DNA of 64,000 nucleotides, taken from positions 3,785 to 67,784 of the forward strand of contig JAYVPG010000050.1 of assembly GCA_043757545.1 (NCBI GenBank), read 5' to 3'. A program made the position numbers and the translations under genes. Below are positions 39,946-48,440 of the stretch, piece after piece. This DNA is from Pseudobdellovibrionaceae bacterium (GTDB taxonomy: Bacteria; Bdellovibrionota; Bdellovibrionia; Bdellovibrionales; UBA1609). The stretch's first letter is position 1, and each line of letters starts with the position of its first letter. The notes beneath the pieces are model-generated. The model had not been told where the DNA came from. It did not search any database and saw nothing but the letters and a program-made list of their open reading frames with translations.

Positions 39946-41522
39946 TACGTCTGGTCTCGGCGCTTTTTTTGAGCATTTTTAGCTCGGGAGCCCTGGCTCT
40001 TGAGTCCGCTGAGACCTTCTCTTCACGCTCACACTTGGAAAGTGGAACGGCCGTTTGGAATCAAACGCTCGGCAAAATCCATCCGACTTTGCGAGTGATG
40101 AATTTCAAACCTGGATTTACCCCTCTTGATTTGTCAGTGGGCGATGGATCGGACGGTTCATTTGATCCCTCGACCTATGCGCAGTTCAGTCAGGCCGGGG
40201 ATTTAAGTGGAAATATCATTCGTCTGGACACGACTGTGCATCCGGTTTTGCATCTCACGCGGTTTGAGTTGGCCCAAGGTTGGTTTTTGGAACCTGTGGG
40301 CACTGCACCTCTGATCATTGAGAGTCTAACGGACGTCGATATTCAGGGCGAGATTTGGTGCAACGGCCACGATGGTGGCGCTTCGATCGGACCGACGCCC
40401 GGAGCCGGTGGACTGGGTCGGTGCGGCGGCAAAGCCGGGGGCGATGGCGCCGCTCCTGGATTAGGTGGAGCGAATGGAGTGGGTGTCACGGGCGCGGTAA
40501 CCGGTGGTGTGGGTGGAAACTTTGTTGGAGCTTCCTATGTTGGTGGAGGCGGTGGTGGTTCGTGGAGAGCTGCGAATCCTCCAACGAATGGACCGGGTGC
40601 AACTGGGGCGGGTGGATTCGCAGGGCTTTTCTCTGGCGATCCGGAGTTCTTGAATGTGCTCGGTTCTGGGGGCGGTGGCGGAGGTTCGGGCTCTGGTGAC
40701 GGAGTAACGGCTGGTGCTGGAGGCGGAGCGGGTGGAGGAGTCGTGGTGATCCGGGCTGTGGGCAACGTGAACATTGGAGCGTCGCCGGTTTCAGCATTCG
40801 GATTTATTTATGTGGGCGGCGGTCGCGGGGGCGATGCCGACAATCAGGCAGGTCCCGGTGGTGGCGGCGGCGGCGGTTCGGTGCAGATTTTTTCTGGCGG
40901 AACGGTCAATGTTTATAACAATGATCCCGGCGGCGCGAGTGTGGCGAGCGCTGGACTTGGTGGATCGAATGCGGTGTTTGTGGTTGGGGCCGTAGGCGGT
41001 GAGGGGCGCAGCTGGTTTTCTGCGGTGACCTACAATCTGGTTGGTTTCTACACGCCCAGTGAAGAGGCCCCGGTGGTACGTGGAAATATCGAGTACACCT
41101 CGGCTGCGCAATATGTGATTACGAAAATGGTCGATGTGGTTTACTCGTTAGTTGAAGTGCAAGATGTCGCCTTTTCTCCTGCGTCGAGTGATTTTTCTTT
41201 TGAAATTTCGGGTAGCAATGATGGCTTTGTATCCGACGATACCGGATGGACGACAAATATGGCGTTGGTGGCGCACAAACGGTATTTGAAAATGAAATTG
41301 AATGTGGCGACCACGAACGTGAACGCGCCGACGATGATCGATACGGCGACTCTTAACTACGAGCCGAGCAATTTGGATAGCTTTAAATTCCAAGCGGCAG
41401 GATGTGGAAGAATCGCCGATCCACAGACTCCAATGGGAAACCTATTCCTATTCTTATTTGCGCCCTTGTGTTTGTTGATCCTAAGATTTCGCGTGAATCT
41501 TCTTAAGCGATCTTTAAAATAA
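39942..41522 (+). CDS. secreted glycine-rich (beta-helix-like?) protein with a C-terminal Cys-TM-basic tail
   Basis: Signal peptide, about 230 aa of GGxGG-type runs interrupted by short beta-like segments (VVVIRAVGNVNIG, SVQIFSGGTVNVY), and a C-terminus AAGCGRIADP...LFLFLFAPLCLLILRFRVNLLKRSLK. Confidence 0.6.
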   Translation: MIRLVSALFLSIFSSGALALESAETFSSRSHLESGTAVWNQTLGKIHPTLRVMNFKPGFTPLDLSVGDGSDGSFDPSTYAQFSQAGDLSGNIIRLDTTVHPVLHLTRFELAQGWFLEPVGTAPLIIESLTDVDIQGEIWCNGHDGGASIGPTPGAGGLGRCGGKAGGDGAAPGLGGANGVGVTGAVTGGVGGNFVGASYVGGGGGGSWRAANPPTNGPGATGAGGFAGLFSGDPEFLNVLGSGGGGGGSGSGDGVTAGAGGGAGGGVVVIRAVGNVNIGASPVSAFGFIYVGGGRGGDADNQAGPGGGGGGGSVQIFSGGTVNVYNNDPGGASVASAGLGGSNAVFVVGAVGGEGRSWFSAVTYNLVGFYTPSEEAPVVRGNIEYTSAAQYVITKMVDVVYSLVEVQDVAFSPASSDFSFEISGSNDGFVSDDTGWTTNMALVAHKRYLKMKLNVATTNVNAPTMIDTATLNYEPSNLDSFKFQAAGCGRIADPQTPMGNLFLFLFAPLCLLILRFRVNLLKRSLK

Positions 41523-41913
41523 CCGAATGACCCGAATGAATGGCGCTGAGAAGCTCCTCAAGCTTTTCTAATGTAGGAGCAGCTTTGCCCTGTTCATAAG
41601 CTCCAAAAGTATTTGGCGACGAGGAGCCCATGCGTTTGGAGACTTCTCGAACCGTCAGGCCATGTTTCTGGCGAAGTCGCTTGAGCATATGTGCGACAAT
41701 CAGCTTCGAATTGTTAGCGACGACAACGAAAGTGTCGTTGGAAATCGATTTAATTTTGACTTTAAAATCACGTCTTCCGATCCCGGATTCGACGATGTCC
41801 TTGGCCATTGCTAGTGCGTCTTTATAGGACTTTCCTTGGGTTAAGTAATCCAATCCGGGAATCTCTGCGATCCAGTGCTTTCCTGACTTCCAAATACGAC
41901 CTTCAAACATCAT
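41503..41913 (-). CDS. hicB: HicB-family antitoxin with a C-terminal XRE HTH
   Basis: HicB N-domain (WIAEIPGLDYLTQGKSYKDALAMAKDIVES) and HTH (LTVREVSKRMGSSSPNTFGAYEQGK). Confidence 0.8.
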   Translation of the reverse strand: MMFEGRIWKSGKHWIAEIPGLDYLTQGKSYKDALAMAKDIVESGIGRRDFKVKIKSISNDTFVVVANNSKLIVAHMLKRLRQKHGLTVREVSKRMGSSSPNTFGAYEQGKAAPTLEKLEELLSAIHSGHSVILKIA

Positions 41914-41924
41914 ATAAAAGTCTC

Positions 41925-42110
41925 CTATTCTTGACCCGGGTGTTTGCTTGCGGTTTTAAGAATCTTCTTAGCTAACAATTCATTGATCTCACTGTGGCGT
42001 GGGATCTCTTCGGACTCAGAGCCATTGGTCCATCGATCGTGCCGTCCACCGTGCTTTAAAAAATACCAACCCAGCTCTCTTAACCTTCGCTCAAGTTCAC
42101 GGCGTTTCAT
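41925..42110 (-). CDS. hicA: HicA-family mRNA interferase toxin
   Basis: MKRRELERRLRELGWYFLKHGGRHDRWTNG is the HicA pattern. The ORF track opens at the TTG at 42149; I prefer the ATG at 42110. Confidence 0.8.
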   Translation of the reverse strand: MKRRELERRLRELGWYFLKHGGRHDRWTNGSESEEIPRHSEINELLAKKILKTASKHPGQE

Positions 42111-42148
42111 TTGAGTATCCAAATTCCGAGCCGCTAGACTAGCGTACA

Positions 42149-42176
42149 ACTATAATTGTACAATAGTCAATATCAA
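42149..42176 (-). promoter_or_regulatory. candidate hicAB promoter TTGATA-N16-TATAGT containing the 10-bp palindrome ATTGTACAAT
   Basis: Read on the minus strand. The palindrome lies at 42155..42164. A second perfect palindrome, CGCTAG-A-CTAGCG, lies at 42132..42144, between the -10 box and the ATG. Confidence 0.4.
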
Positions 42177-42326
42177 TTCTGGCTCACTCTTTTGTTGGCG
42201 TGCTTGTGCTGGGGTTGAATATGCAAGGCTAGGAACGCCGTATGGTCGGCCTCAATGGAACTTGGCGAAACTTAGATTCGAATAACGGACCGTTTTGGGA
42301 TTTCGTGGTCGGATGAAATTTATAAG

Positions 42327-44579
42327 TTAAAACTCGAGGCCAAACGAAACTTGCCCGCTGACTGAATAGGTGTTGCCGCTCTTATGAAAAAGTGCGGCGG
42401 CGTCGAAACCCAATCCGATAACGAAAATCTCGCCTACCGTCCAACGCATACGCTGTTCGGTGGTGAGGCCGAAGTCGGAGCCGAATAGGGCCAAAAAGTC
42501 GCTTTGGTAAGTCGCTTTGTTCATAGGTTTTAGAAATTGACCGCAGGGTCCAACGGACCAGGTGTCGCGGGTTTGAATCGATTCAAAATCTTTACGTGTG
42601 AAGCGCACTGAGTGCCGACCCGCCAAACCCCAGGCGAACGGACTTGAGCTAACGTGAGAAACTCCGCGCGCCGAATAGTCGGACCAACTGAGATCTTTTT
42701 GAAACGGATAGTTTTCCTTTGGTCGTGGCTGATAGGTCATTTGCGAATATTGAACTTCGAAGTTAAGCATATGCTCGGGATCGGTCATATGATCCACTCG
42801 CACGGCGCCGGATTTAATATTTGTGCCGTGAAAATCAGCGTGCACCGATTCTGCGCCCACACTACGTATCGATTGATAGGCCGGTCGCCATTCGAAACGC
42901 TTGCGATTGTGCAGAGGCAGAATATACGGCGGCGGGGCGGGTGGAGTGAGTGCGGCGGCAGCCGGCGGTTCTTCGACCGCCACGGGAGCAGCAGGTGGTG
43001 GTTTTGACTCGGTCGCGACCGGGAGCGGAGCGACGACCTCTGGCGATTCGACTCGCATGACTTCGACGCCAACGGCGTTCGGGTCCGCCAAGTTGACTTC
43101 TTGTGGTTCACTGAAAAATCCTAAGCGGCCCTGTTTGGTTCCGGCTGCGACTCGCCAGAAATAGGATTTCAGCTGCACCTTTTTCCATAAAAAATCATTT
43201 TGCGAAACGGTCTGCGTGACTAGAGGCGAACGGAAATCTGCGGTTTCAGAAATTTCGATAACGTAGTGATCCGCCCGGTCCACGGTCTCCCAGCTGAACA
43301 ACGCTTGGAATTCACTCTCATCGGCTTGGGCCTCTGGCAAAATCAAATTTTGCAGCTCTCGCCATAAGCCCGCGCCGCGATTTTTGCTGGCTGGCTGGCG
43401 CAGGGTCGGAACTCTGAGTTTCGGTGCGGCGAGTGGCGCTTCGCGAATGTACAGTGGGTAGGAGTAGCGAGGGGGAATCACAAAGCCTTCCTTGTCGACG
43501 CCTTGAACACTCCATTCCAAATCGTCTTCTGCGCCAAATTTCGTCGAGAACGAATTTTCCTGGAGTGGTTGTTCTGAATTGAGCGAGCGGCCTTTCAGAA
43601 GAAATTTAAAGCTGGCAACCTCGGGAATTCGAGTCCATACAAAGGCCGTTGGCGTTTCGGTTTGGATGCGATTGCGCGGCAAAGGCATGAGCAGGTGAAT
43701 TGTAGGTGCCGGCCATACTTCGATATCTAGTGCCACGGAAGTCGCGTCACCTCGGCGCAGGAAAAGTCGATGATGCCCAAGCGGAAGTGCCAGGGAGTGT
43801 TCGGTTTCAAACGCAGTCAATGCGGTGGATTGCTCGGGTTGACCGAGCGTCTGGCGCAGAAGCTGGGTTGAGCCGGGACCTTGCCACTTAAGACGAACCA
43901 GCGCTTCGGTGCTGTGCGTGTAGATTCTTTTAGGTGGATTTTCACTCCAACGCAAAGATGCGTCGTCTAGAGTTTGCATTTTATTAAGATGTCCGTCTTG
44001 AATGCGCAAGACTTGCTGTTTGCTGACTTTCTCGACGCCGGCTCCCGAATTAAATCCCACTTCTCCGCTCTTGACGGAAAGCTCATAGCCATTTTCACCC
44101 ACTTGGCGAAAATCGATATCGCTGCCAGTCTTGATTTCCATCGACCAACCGTCGGAGTCGACAGTTGTCGCCGCAAACGGATTGCGCGCTTGAAAGCCAC
44201 CCCTGTGAAATTTTAAGCGAATCTCGCCATACTCTTTGTGATCTTGCGGCTCGATCGTCACCAATGTATTTTCAGAGAGTCGAACCTCGGTATCTTTGAA
44301 TAATTTAAGTGAGGCCGTGCTTTGTGCAAGAGTGAGTACCGAGTCAAAATAGTATAGCGTTTCGCTTGAGTTTGATTTTTCCCAGAGCAAGCTGTTGAGT
44401 CCACGGCGACGCAATTCATTTTCACTTTGCGCCACGTGACCGGCGACCGCGGTCGTGTTGGCGGAAGAGCGTGGACGAAATCCACCCCAAGTTAAGTGCA
44501 ACGCCAGTAAGGTCACCTCAACGGCAAGTAAGATGACTAGACTCGCGATAATTCTGCGATCGATCGCTTTGCGCTCCAT
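42327..44579 (-). CDS. large envelope protein, hypothetical (N-terminal TM anchor, FecR-like segment, Pro/Ala-rich linker, C-terminal beta-barrel-like region)
   Basis: TM segment IIASLVILLAVEVTLLAL, linker PLPVATESKPPPAAPVAVEEPPAAAALTPPAPPP, C-terminus ...VSFGLEF with terminal Phe. The domain calls are tentative. Confidence 0.55.
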   Translation of the reverse strand: MERKAIDRRIIASLVILLAVEVTLLALHLTWGGFRPRSSANTTAVAGHVAQSENELRRRGLNSLLWEKSNSSETLYYFDSVLTLAQSTASLKLFKDTEVRLSENTLVTIEPQDHKEYGEIRLKFHRGGFQARNPFAATTVDSDGWSMEIKTGSDIDFRQVGENGYELSVKSGEVGFNSGAGVEKVSKQQVLRIQDGHLNKMQTLDDASLRWSENPPKRIYTHSTEALVRLKWQGPGSTQLLRQTLGQPEQSTALTAFETEHSLALPLGHHRLFLRRGDATSVALDIEVWPAPTIHLLMPLPRNRIQTETPTAFVWTRIPEVASFKFLLKGRSLNSEQPLQENSFSTKFGAEDDLEWSVQGVDKEGFVIPPRYSYPLYIREAPLAAPKLRVPTLRQPASKNRGAGLWRELQNLILPEAQADESEFQALFSWETVDRADHYVIEISETADFRSPLVTQTVSQNDFLWKKVQLKSYFWRVAAGTKQGRLGFFSEPQEVNLADPNAVGVEVMRVESPEVVAPLPVATESKPPPAAPVAVEEPPAAAALTPPAPPPYILPLHNRKRFEWRPAYQSIRSVGAESVHADFHGTNIKSGAVRVDHMTDPEHMLNFEVQYSQMTYQPRPKENYPFQKDLSWSDYSARGVSHVSSSPFAWGLAGRHSVRFTRKDFESIQTRDTWSVGPCGQFLKPMNKATYQSDFLALFGSDFGLTTEQRMRWTVGEIFVIGLGFDAAALFHKSGNTYSVSGQVSFGLEF

Positions 44580-44647
44580 CTGGTCTATATCGGAAATTCT
44601 GTGCGATATTCAGAGGTTTAAGGCTATGAACTGGACCAAAGATGTAA

Positions 44648-45793
44648 TCAGTAGCTTAAGCTGTCACCGGGCCAGAGCGGAAGCTGTGAGCCCGGTTGGC
44701 GTTTTGGGATCTTGCTGTCCGCGCTGCTCACACAGCTATTGGTCTGACAGATTCCTGGTCGAGAGAGAAGCTTGAATCCAGTTTCGATATTACCAAGTGG
44801 CTGGTCGTTGCAGCTGTAACTCCGCTTGATGTTGCCGTCGGGTTCGCGAATGATGATGCTGCGATAGCCGGCACTACACTCCCAACCTTTGAATTGATTA
44901 AATGCAAACGCGTTGAAGCGCTCGGCTTGGTCCATGTACCACGCCTTACCTTGCGAGTCGGTCAACTCGACTTGGAAAATGGCCGGTACCTGCGCTTCGG
45001 TCTCGGGATCAATGACGATGAGTTTTCCCCATTTGGATTTTGGTCGTGTAAATTTGGGTGCCGCCACGTTCGCCATGCGTGCCCCGGTGTAATCTCTTTG
45101 TGGCATCCCCTGGCGAAGTCGGTGCAGCTGCTCCTCGGTGTAACCCTCAACCACTTGGGTTGCGCTGGGATTGCTCTGCGGCTTAAGAGTGACATTGACC
45201 CCGGCCTCCGCAAAATGAAGTGCGTCCTCCCAGAGAATTTCGAAGCGCTCAGGCACCATGACCATGTTGATGGTCACTTGGATGTCATGTTGCTGCAGGA
45301 AAATAAGCTTTTCTAAAAACTTTTCCCGTTGTGCAAATTCCTTGTGATAGCTCGCGGTGATGCTGACCCGGTGCAGTTTAGAGGTCGCCTGAGCGTATTT
45401 CTCAAACCAGCTAATCCCCGGGCTAAGGTTGCTGGTCATATGCACAGATTGATAATTGCACAGATCCGCGTCATCGGCGTAATGCTGCAAAATTTTGAGA
45501 TATCCCGGATGCATCGTGGGCTCGCCGCCACTAAATGAAATATGGAAGGAGCCGAAGCCCCGTTCACGGGCTTGACGCTTGATTTCATCGAGGGTGGAGA
45601 GAACGAGCTCAGTGGAGCGGTGGTCTTTCAGGTCCGAGCGAGCATAGGGCCAGCAATAGGAACATTTGTAGTTGCAGAAGCGGCCGAGCAGCCAGCTGAC
45701 GCAAAACAGGTCGCGATTGAGCAAGCTGATTTGCCCGACGCGAACGATGTCGTTCAATGGAATTTTATCAAAACGATATTTTGACCAAATCAA
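44648..45793 (-). CDS. radical SAM enzyme with a C-terminal SPASM/twitch-like Cys motif (conventional domain order)
   Basis: CNYKCSYC (CX3CX2C), SGGEPT, and C-terminal WECSAGYRSIIIREPDGNIKRSYSCNDQPLGNI...C...C. TTG start. Confidence 0.85.
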   Translation of the reverse strand: MIWSKYRFDKIPLNDIVRVGQISLLNRDLFCVSWLLGRFCNYKCSYCWPYARSDLKDHRSTELVLSTLDEIKRQARERGFGSFHISFSGGEPTMHPGYLKILQHYADDADLCNYQSVHMTSNLSPGISWFEKYAQATSKLHRVSITASYHKEFAQREKFLEKLIFLQQHDIQVTINMVMVPERFEILWEDALHFAEAGVNVTLKPQSNPSATQVVEGYTEEQLHRLRQGMPQRDYTGARMANVAAPKFTRPKSKWGKLIVIDPETEAQVPAIFQVELTDSQGKAWYMDQAERFNAFAFNQFKGWECSAGYRSIIIREPDGNIKRSYSCNDQPLGNIETGFKLLSRPGICQTNSCVSSADSKIPKRQPGSQLPLWPGDSLSY

Positions 45794-45889
45794 AAGGACC
45801 CCGCTCCACCTCTCGGTATAGTCAGCGCCTAGGGCCCAAGCAAGGGATTTCTCTTGACCCAGTTCAGGGCCATAAAGAAAGATTACGCG

Positions 45890-47323
45890 ATGAACCCGCC
45901 AAGCTCGACATTTTGCATTTTACCGTGGATTCACTTGTCCACTCGCCCGAACGGGCATCTGCGCGTGTGTTGCACGGCCAACGCATCCAGCGCGGGCGCC
46001 ACAAATGATAAAGTTTTTGGCGGTGAGGTTGGAATTCTTAAAAATGCCGATGGCAAGCCTGCAAATTTAAATCACACCGGTTTACTTGAAGCGTGGAACA
46101 ACGCCTATATGCGTGGCGTGCGTGTGCAGATGTTAAATGGTGAGGTGCCCGCGGCGTGCACCAAGTGTTTCAAAGAAGAAGCAGCCGGACATCGCTCGAA
46201 ACGCAATTGGGAGACTGAGTATTGGTCGTCACGAGTGTCGGTTGAAAATCTAGTGAAAGAGACCGCCTCCGATGGCCGGATTCAACCGAAAATTAAATAT
46301 GTGGATTTGCGCTTGGGCACGAAATGCAATCTGAAATGCATTATGTGTTCACCTCACGACAGCTCGCTTTGGGTGGGAGATTGGCGAAAACTCCATCCAC
46401 AGATTCAAAGTCCGAGCCTTAAAGAAGTGATGCAATGGAATAACAACGGCCAGATTGATGGCGCCTCCTATGACTGGCACGTTGAAAATCCTCAGTTTTG
46501 GGAAGAGCTCTACGCTCAGCTGCCGCATATTGATCAGCTTTATTTTGCCGGTGGCGAGCCGTTGATCATTGAAGAGCATTATACCTTGTTGGAAGAATGC
46601 GTTCGTCGGGGAGAGGCCGCGCATATTGAGCTTCGCTACAATAGTAATGGTTTGGTTTTGCCGGAGCGTTTATTTGATTTGTGGCGCCAGTTTCGCCGCG
46701 TGCGTTTTCACTTCAGCATCGACAGTATCGGTGAGATGAATCACTACATTCGCTATCCCAGCGCTTGGTCGCAAATCGAAGAGAACCTACATCGCTTAGA
46801 CAGGAGCGATATCAAGGTCGAAGTCACCGTGGCCTGCGCGGTGCAGATTTTAAATATATTTTATATTCCAGAGTTTATCGAATGGAAGCTGGCGCAGAAT
46901 TTCAAGAAGATCAATCCTTGGCCGCTCGGCGCGGGATTGATCAATTTTCATTTCGTTTATCATCCAGCAATGCTCAATGTGAAGGTCTTGCCGCCTGAAT
47001 TTAAGCAGGCCGTTCGCGAGAAGTACGAATACTACGTTAAGATTTTGGCTGAGCGATTCAAGAATCAGCCTGAGTTTTTTAAAAATGAATATGGTATTCG
47101 TCGGCTGATGGGCTTGGTGCAATTTATGGAGTCCGAAGATTGGTCGAATCGGATGCCGGAATTTCGCGAGTATATTCAGTTGATGGATAAGATTCGTGGA
47201 ACGGATTTTGCGACAACGTTTCCGGAGATGGTGAGTCTAATGCAAGTAGAGCACGCGCCTGCAAAATTCTCAGCGCCTCCACGTGTGACTCAATCTAGCT
47301 TTCCTACTGAAATTGCTCCTTAA
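45890..47323 (+). CDS. radical SAM enzyme with an N-terminal twitch/SPASM-like motif (paralog 1 of 9)
   Basis: FCILPWIHLSTRPNGHLRVCC; CTKCFKEE; CNLKCIMC; FAGGEPL; SIDSIGEMNHYIRYPSAW. The ORF opens at the TTG at 45854; the first ATG is at 45890. Confidence 0.85.
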   Translation: MNPPSSTFCILPWIHLSTRPNGHLRVCCTANASSAGATNDKVFGGEVGILKNADGKPANLNHTGLLEAWNNAYMRGVRVQMLNGEVPAACTKCFKEEAAGHRSKRNWETEYWSSRVSVENLVKETASDGRIQPKIKYVDLRLGTKCNLKCIMCSPHDSSLWVGDWRKLHPQIQSPSLKEVMQWNNNGQIDGASYDWHVENPQFWEELYAQLPHIDQLYFAGGEPLIIEEHYTLLEECVRRGEAAHIELRYNSNGLVLPERLFDLWRQFRRVRFHFSIDSIGEMNHYIRYPSAWSQIEENLHRLDRSDIKVEVTVACAVQILNIFYIPEFIEWKLAQNFKKINPWPLGAGLINFHFVYHPAMLNVKVLPPEFKQAVREKYEYYVKILAERFKNQPEFFKNEYGIRRLMGLVQFMESEDWSNRMPEFREYIQLMDKIRGTDFATTFPEMVSLMQVEHAPAKFSAPPRVTQSSFPTEIAP

Positions 47324-48383
47324 AAGCATCGAAACCCTTGCCGCAGGTTTTCCCGCAGACGAAGAGTCGGCCAGATTCAATACTCGTTTTGTCCCAGCTC
47401 TCGGGAATCGATTTCTGAAAAAATGGTCCGTTTAAAATTTCGTCGAGCGGATGGATTTTTGCATTCAGTGAGTTCAATCCCTCGGGGAGGGCCTCGATCA
47501 ATTTCCAAATCGGCGTCGTGCGTGCGGCGTAATACCAAGGATAGAGTTGATTGGCGGTCCAACAGCAAGGGAAGGCGAGTCCTTCGGCAGAAACGTATAA
47601 ACTTTTTTCTTTCGTCACTTTGCAATCGACGGGGGTCTGCGCGAAAAAATTCTTTAGGCTTCCAAAGCGTTCGACGATCTCATCTTCTCTTCCCAACGCT
47701 TTGTTGACATGGATCGGATTGGTGGGTTGCTCAAGGTAGTACTCGATCTCACCACTGCTGCTCAGAACTTCTTGTTGCGTCTTGACTGCAGCTCGCACAT
47801 TGCTAAAAAACCGCGCTGTTTTTTTAACGTTGAAATTCTTAAATCCAAGTTCATGGGCGCGCTGACGGGCCTCATCGATCTGATGTTCATTGTGGCGGAA
47901 GACGATAAAATCCCAATCGGCCCGGCCCCCAGCCGCGACAAATGCCTTCACACTTCTTAAAATCAAATTGAACTTTGTGCCTCGACGATAAATGGAATTG
48001 GTTTCTTCTAGGCCGTCGATACCAAAGCGAACGCGCACGCCGAGTTCAGCCAATTTGCGCCACCAAGTCTCGTCACGCCCGGAACCGTTGGTGAACATCT
48101 CAAGCTGAAGCGATGGGTTCACCGCGCGCAAATGGCTAAAAATTTCTATGGTCTCACTGGCGGCGATGGGATCGCCATAGTTGCCGCACATATAAAACCG
48201 ATTGAGCGAACGCAAAAACGATTCTGGAAATATCTTCTGAATATCGTCGACGCTCAATTCCACCAAAGGTAGCTGTGGATTGACCTTGCCGCCAAGTACG
48301 TTGCGCAGACACATCGGGCAACTCGCATTACAGCGGGTCGTGACCTCAAGGTGAACGGTGTCTATTTCACTAAGCTGATACAT
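47304..48383 (-). CDS. radical SAM/SPASM-type enzyme (conventional domain order)
   Basis: TTRCNASCPMC; CGNYGDP; C-terminal DCKVTKEKSLYVSAEGLAFPCCW...CGKTCGK. The 3' end overlaps the convergent gene by 20 bp. Confidence 0.85.
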   Translation of the reverse strand: MYQLSEIDTVHLEVTTRCNASCPMCLRNVLGGKVNPQLPLVELSVDDIQKIFPESFLRSLNRFYMCGNYGDPIAASETIEIFSHLRAVNPSLQLEMFTNGSGRDETWWRKLAELGVRVRFGIDGLEETNSIYRRGTKFNLILRSVKAFVAAGGRADWDFIVFRHNEHQIDEARQRAHELGFKNFNVKKTARFFSNVRAAVKTQQEVLSSSGEIEYYLEQPTNPIHVNKALGREDEIVERFGSLKNFFAQTPVDCKVTKEKSLYVSAEGLAFPCCWTANQLYPWYYAARTTPIWKLIEALPEGLNSLNAKIHPLDEILNGPFFQKSIPESWDKTSIESGRLFVCGKTCGKGFDAFKEQFQ

Positions 48384-48440
48384 GAGTGGATGTGAGCCAA
48401 ATCAATGAGGAGGGTCAACACCTAATCGGACGTTACGCGG

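Noticed and set aside
40355-40797. ORFs 40355..40699 (+), 40486..40797 (-), 40535..40774 (-) and 40774..40995 (+) within the Gly-rich gene
   Set aside because: These are alternative-frame or antisense open frames, generated by the GGN-rich, stop-poor repeat region of the 39942..41522 CDS. Their translations are low-complexity Arg/Trp/Pro strings.
39942-41522. Possible CRISPR-like or other non-coding repeat array in the GGTGG-rich stretch
   Set aside because: The repetition is irregular and in frame, and encodes Gly runs inside a signal-peptide-bearing ORF. There is no repeat-spacer periodicity.
45757-46008. 83-aa ORF spanning the first divergent region, as a possible precursor or leader peptide
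   Set aside because: It overlaps the conserved N-terminal Cys motif region of the rSAM gene in a different frame. The sequence is basic, low-complexity and shows no recognisable features.
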